Shown here piece after piece: positions 1-9,977 of a stretch of 64,000 bases of DNA; position 1 is the first letter of the stretch, and every line of letters starts with the position of its first letter. This DNA comes from an uncultured Candidatus Saccharibacteria bacterium. Its GTDB lineage: Bacteria; Patescibacteriota; SICC01. The DNA lies in NCBI GenBank assembly GCA_964525455.1, contig CAZGHP010000001.1, positions 8,766 through 72,765 of the forward strand, written 5' to 3'. A program made the translations under genes and the position numbers. Below the pieces are notes generated by a model. That model was not told where the DNA came from. It searched no databases and saw only the letters and a list, made by a program, of their open reading frames with translations.

Positions 1-353
1 AGCCGATCCGGGTGCAAGGCGCATACGTGGAAACACGGGAAGCCAACCAGCTCACCGACTTCCTGAAGGGCAAGGGCGAACCGGTCTACGAAGAATCGGT
101 GACGGAGCGGCCGGCCGGCGGTCCCGAGGGCGGCGCCGCCGGCGAGGGCTCGGACGACCCGATGTACGAGGAAGCCAAGGGAGAAGTGATCCGTGCGAAA
201 AAGGCCTCGACCTCGTATCTCCAGCGGCGGCTCCGGATCGGGTACGGCCGTGCCGCGCGGCTGATGGATGCGCTCGAGGAGAACGGCGTGATCGGCCCCG
301 GCGAAGGCGCGAAGCCGCGGCAGGTGTTGGTGGATTCCGATGATCCGGAATAG
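1..353 (+). CDS. ftsK: DNA translocase FtsK/SpoIIIE, C-terminal fragment (gamma winged-helix domain); 5' end lies outside the window
   Basis: The ORF runs off the window edge. The tail STSYLQRRLRIGYGRAARLMDALEENGVIG matches the FtsK gamma domain. Confidence 0.7.
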   Translation, partial: PIRVQGAYVETREANQLTDFLKGKGEPVYEESVTERPAGGPEGGAAGEGSDDPMYEEAKGEVIRAKKASTSYLQRRLRIGYGRAARLMDALEENGVIGPGEGAKPRQVLVDSDDPE

Positions 354-406
354 AATGACACGTCAGGTCTACTGACCTACCGAACCTTCGACAACAAGGA
401 GTAGCG

Positions 407-637
407 ATGAGTCGTCATCCGAGCGATAAGAAGAAGATCGATCTCTTCGGAGAGAATCTTTGGCCCTGGGTTTCCGCCGCAGTCATCTTCGTCCCCGCCA
501 TAGCGGCTTGCGTAGGTACCTTTCTCATCGCGCCGAAAAGTGTGGGAGAGGGGATTAGCGCTTTCTGTCTGATTTTCTTTGGCTTGATGAGTCTGATAGC
601 GCTTGCTGTCATGCTCTCTTCGGAAGAAGGGTGGTGA
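407..637 (+). CDS. small membrane protein (2 predicted TM helices), hypothetical
   Basis: 76-aa ORF with an AAGGAG RBS just upstream and hydrophobic segments. Confidence 0.4.
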   Translation: MSRHPSDKKKIDLFGENLWPWVSAAVIFVPAIAACVGTFLIAPKSVGEGISAFCLIFFGLMSLIALAVMLSSEEGW

Positions 638-904
638 CGGACACCTGGTCGTCATGATGGTCGGGAACCTCCATGGATTGCTCGACGATCTGGAGTATGC
701 GTTCGAGCAGCGTGCATCCGAACGACGACCGTCCTCGATTCACACCATTCACCCCTGAGACGCGCCCGGAGAACGTCCCTGCGATTCGATTCGCAGCCGA
801 CTCTCTCCGGGCGCTTCTTCTTTTCGGCTCGACAGCGGTACGTCCCATGCTTGTGCGGCGGCTTAGTCCGCCGCTCCTGTCCGGATGCGATATCCTAGGG
901 ATGT

Positions 905-1900
905 ATGCCGCAATTCAAGAAACGCGAACTCAAAAGCGACAAGTCCCTGGCGGAACAGCTCAAGGCCGTCCGGCGGACGAGTCGGCTGACCTTCGAGCAG
1001 ATCGCGCGGGAGACGAAGATCCCCCGGAAATACCTGAAGGCGCTGGAGGACGGCAAATATGAGGAGTTGCCCGCCGAGGTGTACGTCCGCGGTTTCCTGG
1101 AGAATTACGCCAAGTTCCTCGGGTTTCCGGAAGACGAGGTACTCACGCAATACAAACGTGAACGGGGGATCTCCGGCCGCCCGTCGCCGGAACTGTCGCT
1201 GCCGAAACGCTCGGTCGAACGTCCGCGGCTCACGATTACCCCGCGGACGATGGGACTCGCCGCCGCGGCGGTACTGCTATTCTCCGTGGTCGGCTACCTG
1301 GTCTCCCAGATCACCGGATTCGCCTCCCCGCCGGACCTTGAGGTCATCGCACCGGTCGCCGACGTCCGCACCGACGACGACCGGGTGGAAGTACGCGGCC
1401 GTACCGAATCGGACGCTCAGGTCTTCATCAACAACCAGCCGATCCCGACCGATACGGACGGCTCGTTCAACGAGACGGTGACGCTGCCGGCCGGCACGAA
1501 CTCGCTCCGGATCGTGGCGCGCGACCAGAACGGCCGCGAACGGACGATCGAACGCTCCGTGGTGGTCGAAGTGGCGTCGCCCGGACCGAGCCCGTCCGGA
1601 ACTCCCGAGCTCGCCGGCGCCCTCTTCATCCTGCGCGTCGGTCCGAACAGCGCGTTCGTCGAGCTCCAGGTGGACGGTAAGAACACGTTCGCAGGGCTGA
1701 TGGCTCCGGACACCACCCAGACGTTCACCGCCCGTGACCGGGTGCTGGTGACGACCTCTAACGGCGGCAGTACCCGTCTGACGGTCGGCGGCAAGGACCA
1801 GGGCGTGTTGGGTGAGGAGGGGCAGTTCCGTCGCGGCGTCCAGTTCCTGGTAAGCGATTTCGCGTCTCCCTCACCGTCCCCCCGCCCACGGAATCCCTGA
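905..1900 (+). CDS. rodZ: RodZ-like protein: N-terminal XRE-type HTH, single TM, C-terminal DUF4115-like domain
   Basis: N-terminal LTFEQIARETKIPRKYLKALE HTH, a central TM segment and a Ser/Pro-rich linker. It sits upstream of recA as in many genomes. Confidence 0.55.
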   Translation: MPQFKKRELKSDKSLAEQLKAVRRTSRLTFEQIARETKIPRKYLKALEDGKYEELPAEVYVRGFLENYAKFLGFPEDEVLTQYKRERGISGRPSPELSLPKRSVERPRLTITPRTMGLAAAAVLLFSVVGYLVSQITGFASPPDLEVIAPVADVRTDDDRVEVRGRTESDAQVFINNQPIPTDTDGSFNETVTLPAGTNSLRIVARDQNGRERTIERSVVVEVASPGPSPSGTPELAGALFILRVGPNSAFVELQVDGKNTFAGLMAPDTTQTFTARDRVLVTTSNGGSTRLTVGGKDQGVLGEEGQFRRGVQFLVSDFASPSPSPRPRNP

Positions 1901-1919
1901 TTCCCCGCCTCCGGGCCGC

Positions 1920-1946
1920 TTGACACATAGTATACAGATGTATACT
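1920..1946 (+). promoter_or_regulatory. putative recA promoter (TTGACA, 15 nt spacer, TATACT) overlapped by a perfect palindrome AGTATAC-N4-GTATACT (1929-1946); candidate SOS/LexA-type operator
   Basis: Sequence read directly; it lies ~100 nt upstream of the recA start. Confidence 0.4.
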
Positions 1947-2046
1947 ATCTACCCATGTTGCTCCCTGTTCGTTCGGGTATTGCAAAAAGCGAGCAACCAT
2001 AATAGACTAGAAACCAACAATAACCTATCGAAAGGGGCGCGCTATC

Positions 2047-3105
<1,059 letters not shown>

Positions 3106-3121
3106 CCCGACAAGTGGTCTG

Positions 3122-3742
3122 ATGCAGATCACCAAGATTGAAAAACAAGCCAAGCGTGATCGTTACAACGTGCACGCGGACGGGAAGTTCGTGGCGGCGC
3201 TCGATGCCGGCGTGCTTGCCGGAGCAGGACTCTCCGAAGGTGATATCCTCACCAACGTCGAATTGGCAACGCTCTTGCAACGTGAACGTTTTGCGAAGGC
3301 GTTGGCGAAAGCCTACCAGCTGCTGGCCCGCCGGTCGCACAGCGTCAGCGAATTGACTCGAAAGCTGGGGGAGCGGGGATTCGGCACAGCCCTGGCCGTG
3401 GCGGTCTGCGAGCATCTCGGGGAACGCGGCTATCTCGACGACCGTGCGTTCGCGAAACAATGGGTCACGTACCGCGGTGGTACGCGTGGTAACCGGCTGC
3501 TCCGCATGGAACTCAGGAAACGCGGTGTAGCGGACGATGTGATCACCGAAGCGCTGGCGGAAGGCGAACGGGATCAACTGACGTCGGCAAAGTCCCTGGC
3601 CCGCCGGCGACTCGAACGCTTCCGGGACGCGCCCCCGGAGGTCGTTACCGAAAAACTAGGAGCGTTCCTGGTCCGCCGCGGATATGATTACGCGACGGCC
3701 CGCGCGGCGGTGTCGGAGCTCGTCACTACCGGGAAATCCTGA
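3122..3742 (+). CDS. recX: regulatory protein RecX
   Basis: Immediately downstream of recA. The internal Met at 3122 follows the recA stop. The helical repeat protein has RecX-like composition, and the listed ORF start at 3020 overlaps recA. Confidence 0.75.
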   Translation: MQITKIEKQAKRDRYNVHADGKFVAALDAGVLAGAGLSEGDILTNVELATLLQRERFAKALAKAYQLLARRSHSVSELTRKLGERGFGTALAVAVCEHLGERGYLDDRAFAKQWVTYRGGTRGNRLLRMELRKRGVADDVITEALAEGERDQLTSAKSLARRRLERFRDAPPEVVTEKLGAFLVRRGYDYATARAAVSELVTTGKS

Positions 3743-4214
3743 CCGGATCTCCCGGTTGGACGGAGTGTCGCCCGGCCCACCCGGCCGCGACCTCGAGCAC
3801 GCGGTCTACCGGCCCGTCCGGCCGGTAGCGGGGTAAGTCGGCCTCCGGAACGCCCGGCTTCGGCGGCGGCACATCCCGGGTTACCCCGGTGACCGTCTCG
3901 CCGGATATCCAGATGATGTCGATTGGAAAGGAGACGCCTTTCATCCAGTAGGCCTGGACCGCCGGCTCAGGATAGACGAACAGCATCCCCGCTTCTCCAC
4001 CGAGCGGTTCCCGTCCCATCAAGCCGCGGGCCTGCTTCTCCGGCGAAACAGCCACCTCGGCAGCCACCTCGGCCCGGTCGATCCGGACAGTCACGTTCGC
4101 GTCGTCGGTGAGTTCGGGAGGAGTGGTGATGGTCATGATGATCGCCGTTGCCAGTGCCGCCAACAGGAGGATGAGGCCGGTCGCGGACACTGGATTACGA
4201 AGTACCTTATGCAT
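3726..4214 (-). CDS. DUF192 domain protein (secreted or membrane-anchored)
   Basis: N-terminal TM or signal segment; GLMGR and YPEP..MKGVSFPIDIIW motifs typical of DUF192 (COG1430). Confidence 0.55.
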   Translation of the reverse strand: MHKVLRNPVSATGLILLLAALATAIIMTITTPPELTDDANVTVRIDRAEVAAEVAVSPEKQARGLMGREPLGGEAGMLFVYPEPAVQAYWMKGVSFPIDIIWISGETVTGVTRDVPPPKPGVPEADLPRYRPDGPVDRVLEVAAGWAGRHSVQPGDPVRISR

Positions 4215-4227
4215 GGTGATTTCCGGG

Positions 4228-4301
4228 TGGGCAATGCTGGACTCGAACCAGCGACCTCCGCGATGTGAACGCGGCGCTCTAGCCGACTGAGCTAATTGCC
4301 C
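4228..4301 (-). tRNA. tRNA-Val (anticodon CAC)
   Basis: Cloverleaf on the minus strand: GGGCAAT acceptor, GGTTCGAGTCC T-arm, anticodon loop TTCACAT. Confidence 0.85.
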
Positions 4302-4330
4302 CGGTCCCTATGATTATAACCGCCCGGCGG

Positions 4331-4912
4331 CTAGTCGACGAAAGCGGCATAGAATGTCTTGCCGGCTTCCGAGAGCGTCAACCGGATCGTATCGGGCTGT
4401 TGCCACCAGGAACTGCGCGCCCACCGGGCATCGGTGGCCGGATACACCAGGAACGAGACGTCTTCACCGAAGACTTTCTCGAACGTCACTTTCACGCGTC
4501 GGGCATGGTACGGGGAAGTGACGAGGATCGCCGACCGGATGTTCTGCGCTTCGAACGTGGGCTTCAGGAACTCCGCGTTCTGTTTGGTCGTCCCCGACTG
4601 TTCCTCGATGATCGTCGCGGAAAGTGGCACGCCGCTTTGCAGGGCCAACCGCTGCATCACTTCGGCATTGGACGTGCCCCGGTCGGCGGCGGCCCCGGAG
4701 AAGACGAGGGTCGGGGCCAGCTCGTCGTACCAGAGCGCCACGCCCGTTTCCACGCGGGATTCCGTCTCCCCGCCGGACACCACGATGATCGCATCCGCCT
4801 TCCGGAGTCCGTCGCGGGGGGCGATGAACCAGCCCAGGGCGATCACAAGCAGCAGTATCGCGGCAGCGAAGGATACCAGGACCACGACCACCCGGCGCAC
4901 CCAGAGGCTCAT
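4331..4912 (-). CDS. DUF218 (YdcF/SanA/ElyC family) membrane-anchored protein
   Basis: N-terminal TM; IVVSGGE and SPYHARR motifs of DUF218. Confidence 0.7.
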   Translation of the reverse strand: MSLWVRRVVVVLVSFAAAILLLVIALGWFIAPRDGLRKADAIIVVSGGETESRVETGVALWYDELAPTLVFSGAAADRGTSNAEVMQRLALQSGVPLSATIIEEQSGTTKQNAEFLKPTFEAQNIRSAILVTSPYHARRVKVTFEKVFGEDVSFLVYPATDARWARSSWWQQPDTIRLTLSEAGKTFYAAFVD

Positions 4913-5307
4913 GGGCGGAACGTCCAGAACTTATTGCCGGCGAAATTCGACAGCACCACCAATCCGTTGGCGATGACCTGGGCGGGGAAGGCGTGCACAC
5001 CCACGACCTCCACGAGGACCGCCAGACCGATCAGGTTGAGCGTCAGGCCGGTCGTCTGGACGAGTATGAACTTCACCAGCTTCCGGGTGCGGTGTTTCCC
5101 CGCCCGGAACGTCCAGATGCGGTTGAAGGTGTAGCTGTTCAGGGTCGCGAAGACGAACGCGAAGACCGCGGCGGTGATGTAAAACACGTCCAGCCACAGC
5201 AGGACGCCGTACACCGCGAAGTTGATCGCGGTGGTCATGGCCCCGACCAAGGTGAACTTCACGAACTGGCGGGCGTGACGATCCTGGGTAAGCGTGGCGA
5301 TATTCAT
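4909..5307 (-). CDS. GtrA family polysaccharide-synthesis membrane protein
   Basis: QFVKFTLVG start and NKFWTFR end are the GtrA signature. 4-nt ATGA overlap with the downstream gene. Confidence 0.8.
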   Translation of the reverse strand: MNIATLTQDRHARQFVKFTLVGAMTTAINFAVYGVLLWLDVFYITAAVFAFVFATLNSYTFNRIWTFRAGKHRTRKLVKFILVQTTGLTLNLIGLAVLVEVVGVHAFPAQVIANGLVVLSNFAGNKFWTFRP

Positions 5308-5309
5308 TT

Positions 5310-5822
5310 TTACGGCGCCGTTTCCGGTTCGAGTCCGGCGGACCGGACCTTTCCATCATATCGCACCACGACCTGCCGCCGTCCGAACCGCAGGACCCGT
5401 TCGCGGGGAATGATCAGGTCCCGTCGCGTGAGCTGCCAGAACGGCGGCGAGACGTGCAGCTTCACGAGGTAGTGGCCGTCGGTCTCGAACGTACATTCCT
5501 TGACCCGCCCCAGCCGTTTCCCCGATTCAGTCACGGCCCGGCAGCCGATGGGATCGGTACGCTCCAGCAGGACCTTCCCGAGCACCGGCAGGTCCTCGGC
5601 GGCCTGGGCGACCCCCGCGTTCGTGACCGTCACGGCGTTCTCGAGATACGCGGTCACGTCGACGGTCGAGACGAACCGTTCGTGCCGCGAGGTCGCCAGC
5701 CGGTAGGCGACGAGTTTGCCCCGGGCGCCGTCGAACACGGCCGCGGCGACCTTTCCGACCGGCGCGCCGTCCTGTCCAGAGACGACCGGTCGTCCGATGA
5801 CGTTGGTGAGGAGTATCAGCAC
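5310..5822 (-). CDS. PRC-barrel domain protein (two tandem PRC barrels)
   Basis: Two ~80-aa repeats with G-x-V-x-D PRC-barrel-like patterns; operonic with GtrA and DUF218. Confidence 0.4.
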   Translation of the reverse strand: MLILLTNVIGRPVVSGQDGAPVGKVAAAVFDGARGKLVAYRLATSRHERFVSTVDVTAYLENAVTVTNAGVAQAAEDLPVLGKVLLERTDPIGCRAVTESGKRLGRVKECTFETDGHYLVKLHVSPPFWQLTRRDLIIPRERVLRFGRRQVVVRYDGKVRSAGLEPETAP

Positions 5823-5852
5823 GTTTCCATTGTATCGGCTCGGACGGATCGG

Positions 5853-6584
5853 TCAGGCTGCCGGCGTTTCCAGTCGGAGCAGGTACTCCTGGTTACCCTT
5901 GGTCCCTTTGACGGGAGAGGCGACCGACCCCTCGACGCTCCAACCGTTCCGCAGCAGCCAGTCACGGAGCCGGTCGAGGGCGTCCGCCACCACGCCGCGG
6001 TCCGTAATCACCCCCTTGCCACGGCTTGCTTCGGTCCGTCCCACCTCGAACTGCGGTTTGAACAGCGCGATGACCGGTGCGCGGCCGGGGAGCAGTGCCG
6101 CCGTGGCGGGCAGCACGCCGCGGAGACTGATGAAACTTACGTCCACGACCGCGAGGTCGGCTGGCAGGGGGAGCTTCCGGAGCTTCCGGATGTCCGTCCG
6201 CTCCAGGACCGTCACGCGGGGGTCGTTCCGGAGCTCCCAGGCGAGCTGTCCCGTGCCGACGTCCACGGCGATCACCGCTCGCGCACCACGCTCCAGCACC
6301 AACTGGGTGAACCCGCCGGTCGAGGCGCCGACGTCGAGCACCGTCCGCCCGGCGACCGTGACCGGCCAGGCATCGAGCGCCGCCGCGAGTTTTCCAGCCG
6401 CCCGGCTCACGTACGGTTTCGCTGCGGCGCCGGACACGGCAGCCTCCACCTCGACGGACTGGCCGGACTTCCGGACCGGCGCATCCCCGACCCGGATCGT
6501 ACCGGCCATGATCAATGCCTGGGCCTTGGTGCGGCTGACGCCGAGGGCATCCGCGACGTGCTCGTCCGCCCGCCGCTTCGTCAT
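5853..6584 (-). CDS. tlyA: TlyA family rRNA (cytidine-2'-O)-methyltransferase
   Basis: S4-like N-terminus and FtsJ-type SAM motif VLDVGASTGGFT. Start taken at MTKRR (6584), giving an ATGA overlap with the upstream gene; the longer listed ORF extends further. Confidence 0.8.
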   Translation of the reverse strand: MTKRRADEHVADALGVSRTKAQALIMAGTIRVGDAPVRKSGQSVEVEAAVSGAAAKPYVSRAAGKLAAALDAWPVTVAGRTVLDVGASTGGFTQLVLERGARAVIAVDVGTGQLAWELRNDPRVTVLERTDIRKLRKLPLPADLAVVDVSFISLRGVLPATAALLPGRAPVIALFKPQFEVGRTEASRGKGVITDRGVVADALDRLRDWLLRNGWSVEGSVASPVKGTKGNQEYLLRLETPAA

Positions 6585-7972
6585 CGGCTCGAGACGGGGA
6601 CGGTATCGGAGATGCCGGCCTTGAGCTTCTGGGTGTCGCCGCTGCCGAGCTCGACCGAGAACAGTGCGCGGCCCCGGTCGTCGTCCGCGATCACCAGGAC
6701 ATGGCCGTAATCGCGGTCCCAACCGGCCAGGACGGGATTCTTGAGCGAGCCGAGCGGTTTGACGGATTCGTCCTTGAAGAGCGACAGGATCGGTTTGCTG
6801 CTGCCGCGCACCAGCAGGGTCTCCGTCAGCTCCCGGTTCAGCAGGTAGGAATGTGCCGGCTGGGTTTCGCTAAAGCTGTTTTCCTCGTCGTTCTCCAGCG
6901 TCCGGATGACCACGAGCGCACCCCCGGTGTCCTGCTCCCGTAGGAATGCGAGCCGCGCGCCGTCGGTGGATATGGAAACGTCATACTCGTTGCGTGGCGT
7001 ATCGGCGACCGCTTCCACGTCGCCGGTCACCACGTTACCGGCGAAGATATCCCGGTTGCCCTCGGAGACCTCGGCCTGGAAGTAGAGCGTTACGCCGGTC
7101 GGCGCCCACACCAGCCCTCCCGCCGGCGCCGGTGTCTTGATGCGGCTGGTCTTCCCGTCCGTGACGTTCGCGATGAAGACGGATCCCTCGGCGGGGATCG
7201 CCAGGTGCGTGCCGTCCGGTGACCAGGCTACCGGCCACGTTCCGGGCAGGTTCTCCGCGATGGTCTCGACTTTCCGTGTGGCGATATCCACCACTTTCAG
7301 CGTGGTGCGGTTCCTGGTCTCGTCGGAGGCACCCTCCTCGTTGGAGTAGAAGGCGACTTTTTGGTTCGCGCTGGAAAACGCCACTCCGTAGTCATCGAAG
7401 ACCGAACTGACCAACTGGTCGTCGCGGTCGCGTTCCACGGAGCGAAGGTAGACTTGGCGTTTGCCGGTCTCGCCCTTGGCATATACCAGCGCGAACTCAC
7501 GCGTCTCCGGAGCAGGGGCGGGAGGCAGCGGCTTGAACGAGGGCAGGGGTTCCAGCGTCGGCTCTGCCGACGGCAAGGCGGTCGGTACATCGCGCGTTCC
7601 CGGAGACGAGCTTGCGGCTGGAACAGGGCTTGCCGCGTAAAGCTGGGCGATCGGGCCGAGGCGGCTCCGGAGCGCCGCACGCGCGAGCGGTGACGGCTTC
7701 GGGCTCTGCCCCGATCCTTCCTCGTCGACCCGGACGGTCAGCACGCCAACGTCGATATTCGCGGTACTGAGCGGCCGTGACCGCTGGCCGAAGTGCTCGT
7801 TCGAGAGACCGCGCGGCGTCTCGGTACTTTCGGGCGTGGGGCTCGGGCTTGGCGAAGGTTCCGGCTGGCGGTCGCGCAGGTACACGATCGCCGCGACGAC
7901 CGCCGCCAGTACCAGGATCGCCAAGACTATGTAGGCGGCCTTTTTTTTACGAGATAGTTCCCTGTGTGTCAC
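6581..7972 (-). CDS. membrane-anchored TolB-like (PD40/WD40-like beta-propeller) periplasmic protein
   Basis: N-terminal TM, Pro/Ser-rich linker, then repeated WSPDGT.LA and ISTDGARLAF propeller blades. Confidence 0.5.
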   Translation of the reverse strand: MTHRELSRKKKAAYIVLAILVLAAVVAAIVYLRDRQPEPSPSPSPTPESTETPRGLSNEHFGQRSRPLSTANIDVGVLTVRVDEEGSGQSPKPSPLARAALRSRLGPIAQLYAASPVPAASSSPGTRDVPTALPSAEPTLEPLPSFKPLPPAPAPETREFALVYAKGETGKRQVYLRSVERDRDDQLVSSVFDDYGVAFSSANQKVAFYSNEEGASDETRNRTTLKVVDIATRKVETIAENLPGTWPVAWSPDGTHLAIPAEGSVFIANVTDGKTSRIKTPAPAGGLVWAPTGVTLYFQAEVSEGNRDIFAGNVVTGDVEAVADTPRNEYDVSISTDGARLAFLREQDTGGALVVIRTLENDEENSFSETQPAHSYLLNRELTETLLVRGSSKPILSLFKDESVKPLGSLKNPVLAGWDRDYGHVLVIADDDRGRALFSVELGSGDTQKLKAGISDTVPVSSR

Positions 7973-8004
7973 TGTGTCCCCATCATACGCGGGCGTCGGC
8001 GGGA

Positions 8005-8562
8005 CTACACCCGCTCGACGTAGGTCCCCGTACGCGTGTCGATCCGTACCTGGTCGCCCGGCTGCACGAACAGCGGTACGTTGACGGTCGCGCCGGTCTC
8101 GAGCGTCGCCGGCTTCGACCCGCCGCTGACGGTATCGCCCTTGAGCCCCGGGTCGGTCTCGGCCACTTTGAATACCGCTTTGATCGGCAACTCCACGCCG
8201 ATCACCGCGTCGCCGTGCACGAGCAGTTCCGCGGCCATGCCTTCCGTGAGGAATCCGGCTTGTCCGCCGAGCGTGTCGACCGGGACCGTATGCTGCTCAT
8301 ACGATCCGGTGTCCATGAACGTAAGGGCGTCACCCTGGCGGAAGAGGAACTGGCCGGAACGCGTCGAGAGCGCGGCCGGCTTCACCTTCTCGCTGCCCTG
8401 GAACGTCTTCTGTAGCGTCGCGCCGGTCTTCAGGTTCTTGAGCTTGGTCCGCGCGATCGCACCGCCGCGGCCCATCTTCGAATGCTGGTAGGACAGCACT
8501 ACATACGGCTCGCCGTCGAGCTCGATCTTCGTATTCGTCTTGAGGTCGGTGATTCCGAGCAT
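8005..8562 (-). CDS. efp: elongation factor P
   Basis: MLGITDLKTNTKIELDGEPYVV and KGDTVSGGSKPATLETGA motifs. The start ATG shares one base with the rpsR stop (TGATG). Confidence 0.9.
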   Translation of the reverse strand: MLGITDLKTNTKIELDGEPYVVLSYQHSKMGRGGAIARTKLKNLKTGATLQKTFQGSEKVKPAALSTRSGQFLFRQGDALTFMDTGSYEQHTVPVDTLGGQAGFLTEGMAAELLVHGDAVIGVELPIKAVFKVAETDPGLKGDTVSGGSKPATLETGATVNVPLFVQPGDQVRIDTRTGTYVERV

Positions 8563-8783
8563 CAGCGGGAAGTGTACGGCATCAGCGCCGCCAGGCGGGA
8601 GCGCTTGATCGCGAGTGCAATCATGCGCTGGTGCTTGGCACAATTACCGGAGCGCCGCCGCGAGTCGATCTTTCCGTAGGGACTGACGAACCGCGACAGC
8701 AGCCGGACGTCCTTGTAATCGATGACATCGAGGTGCTTGCTGCAGAACAGACAGCGTTTATGTTTCGGTCGTTCGACTGCCAT
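8562..8783 (-). CDS. rpsR: 30S ribosomal protein S18
   Basis: CLFCSKHLDVIDYKDVRLLSRFVSPYGKI...GNCAKHQR is the S18 signature. Confidence 0.9.
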   Translation of the reverse strand: MAVERPKHKRCLFCSKHLDVIDYKDVRLLSRFVSPYGKIDSRRRSGNCAKHQRMIALAIKRSRLAALMPYTSR

Positions 8784-9310
8784 CAGAAGGGAATGTCATC
8801 CAGCGACGGGTCTTCACCCGGCGCGTCCTTGTCTTTCTTGTCGCTCTTCTTGTCGTCCTTGCCGGACGGTGCGCCGGCCTGGGACGCTTCTGCCTCGGTC
8901 GGCTGCGCCGGCACTTGGCTGCCGCCACTGTTGGCTTGGCCAGCTGGGCCAGCCGAGCCGCCTTGGCCGCCGGCACCGCGGGAATCAAGCAGGATCATGT
9001 CATCGGCGACGATCTGGGTCTTGGAGCGCTTGGAACCGTCCTGTGCTTCCCAGGTGTCGGTCTGGAGCCGTCCTTCGAAATAGGCGCGACGGCCCTTGGC
9101 GAGGTACTGGTTGCAGATTTCCGCGAGCTTGCCCCACACCACGATGTTATGGAATTCGGCCTGCTCCTGGGTCTCGCCCTGCTGGTTCTTCCACTGCCGG
9201 TTGGTCGCGACGCCGAAGTTCGCCACTTGCTGCCCGTTCGGCGTGGTGCGCATTTCCGGATCGCGGGTCAGGTTCCCGATGATCATCGCCTTGTTGAGAT
9301 CTTTGGCCAT
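8783..9310 (-). CDS. ssb: single-stranded DNA-binding protein
   Basis: OB-fold core, Gly-rich tail and C-terminal acidic tip DDIPF. Confidence 0.92.
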   Translation of the reverse strand: MAKDLNKAMIIGNLTRDPEMRTTPNGQQVANFGVATNRQWKNQQGETQEQAEFHNIVVWGKLAEICNQYLAKGRRAYFEGRLQTDTWEAQDGSKRSKTQIVADDMILLDSRGAGGQGGSAGPAGQANSGGSQVPAQPTEAEASQAGAPSGKDDKKSDKKDKDAPGEDPSLDDIPF

Positions 9311-9334
9311 GGTGCCTCCGCCTAGTTAATCTTC

Positions 9335-9850
9335 TTAATCCTTAAGTTGCTCTTCGAGTGCGGCTTCGAGTTCCTTCTTCGACGCCTTCTTGGCCGGGGC
9401 CTTGGCGGCGGGCTGCTCTTCTTGCGTACCGGTCGTGGTATCCGCCGCCGGTTTCGCGGCCGGCGCGGCGGTCTTCCGCATGGCTTCCGGAACCTTCACC
9501 TTCGCTTCTTCCTTGCTCTCTTCCACTGCCGTGGCAACCTGGTGGATCTCGCCCGGGGTCGGTACTTCGTCGGTGCTGAGCAGGACGGTGCGGACGACCG
9601 CGTCCATCACGTTCAGTTGCCGGACGAACTCGTTGGCTTTCTCCGCCTCGATTTCGCAGTGCAGCAGCGTGTACCAGCCGTGGTCTTCCTTGCCGATCTC
9701 GTAGGCGAGCGGACGGCGGCCCAGGGAGTTCTGTTCCTTGGCCTTGCCGCCAAGCTCGAGCAGCGCGGCACCGACCGCGTCGGCCACCTTGGCGGCCTCC
9801 GGTTCGGTCTTATCGCCTGCGACGATGAAAAGTAGTTCGTATTCTCTCAT
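9335..9850 (-). CDS. rpsF: 30S ribosomal protein S6 with extended Ala/Lys-rich C-terminal tail
   Basis: MREYELLFIV start; conserved rpsF-ssb-rpsR order. Confidence 0.88.
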   Translation of the reverse strand: MREYELLFIVAGDKTEPEAAKVADAVGAALLELGGKAKEQNSLGRRPLAYEIGKEDHGWYTLLHCEIEAEKANEFVRQLNVMDAVVRTVLLSTDEVPTPGEIHQVATAVEESKEEAKVKVPEAMRKTAAPAAKPAADTTTGTQEEQPAAKAPAKKASKKELEAALEEQLKD

Positions 9851-9947
9851 GCTTCTCGTGGACTATCGTCCCGGTGCTCCGGGAGAAAAGCTCGTAGCTA
9901 AGAGTCTACGGTCGCCGGCTCGGAGCGTCAAGGAGCGAGTTATCAAT

Positions 9948-9976
9948 ATGGTAGCTTGTTTATGTTTGCTTGTCAA
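9948..9976 (-). promoter_or_regulatory. candidate sigma70-like promoter for the rpsF-ssb-rpsR operon (TTGACA, 17 nt spacer, TACCAT on the minus strand)
   Basis: Read on the minus strand ~90 nt upstream of the rpsF start. Confidence 0.35.
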
Positions 9977-9977
9977 T

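Noticed and set aside
5300-5345. tRNA-like GGTTCGAGTCC T-loop motif
   Set aside because: No acceptor stem or anticodon arm can be built from the flanks; it lies inside coding sequence at the GtrA/PRC-barrel junction
5454-6710. 418-aa plus-strand ORF across PRC-barrel and tlyA
   Set aside because: Antisense to two supported genes; Arg and Pro-rich junk
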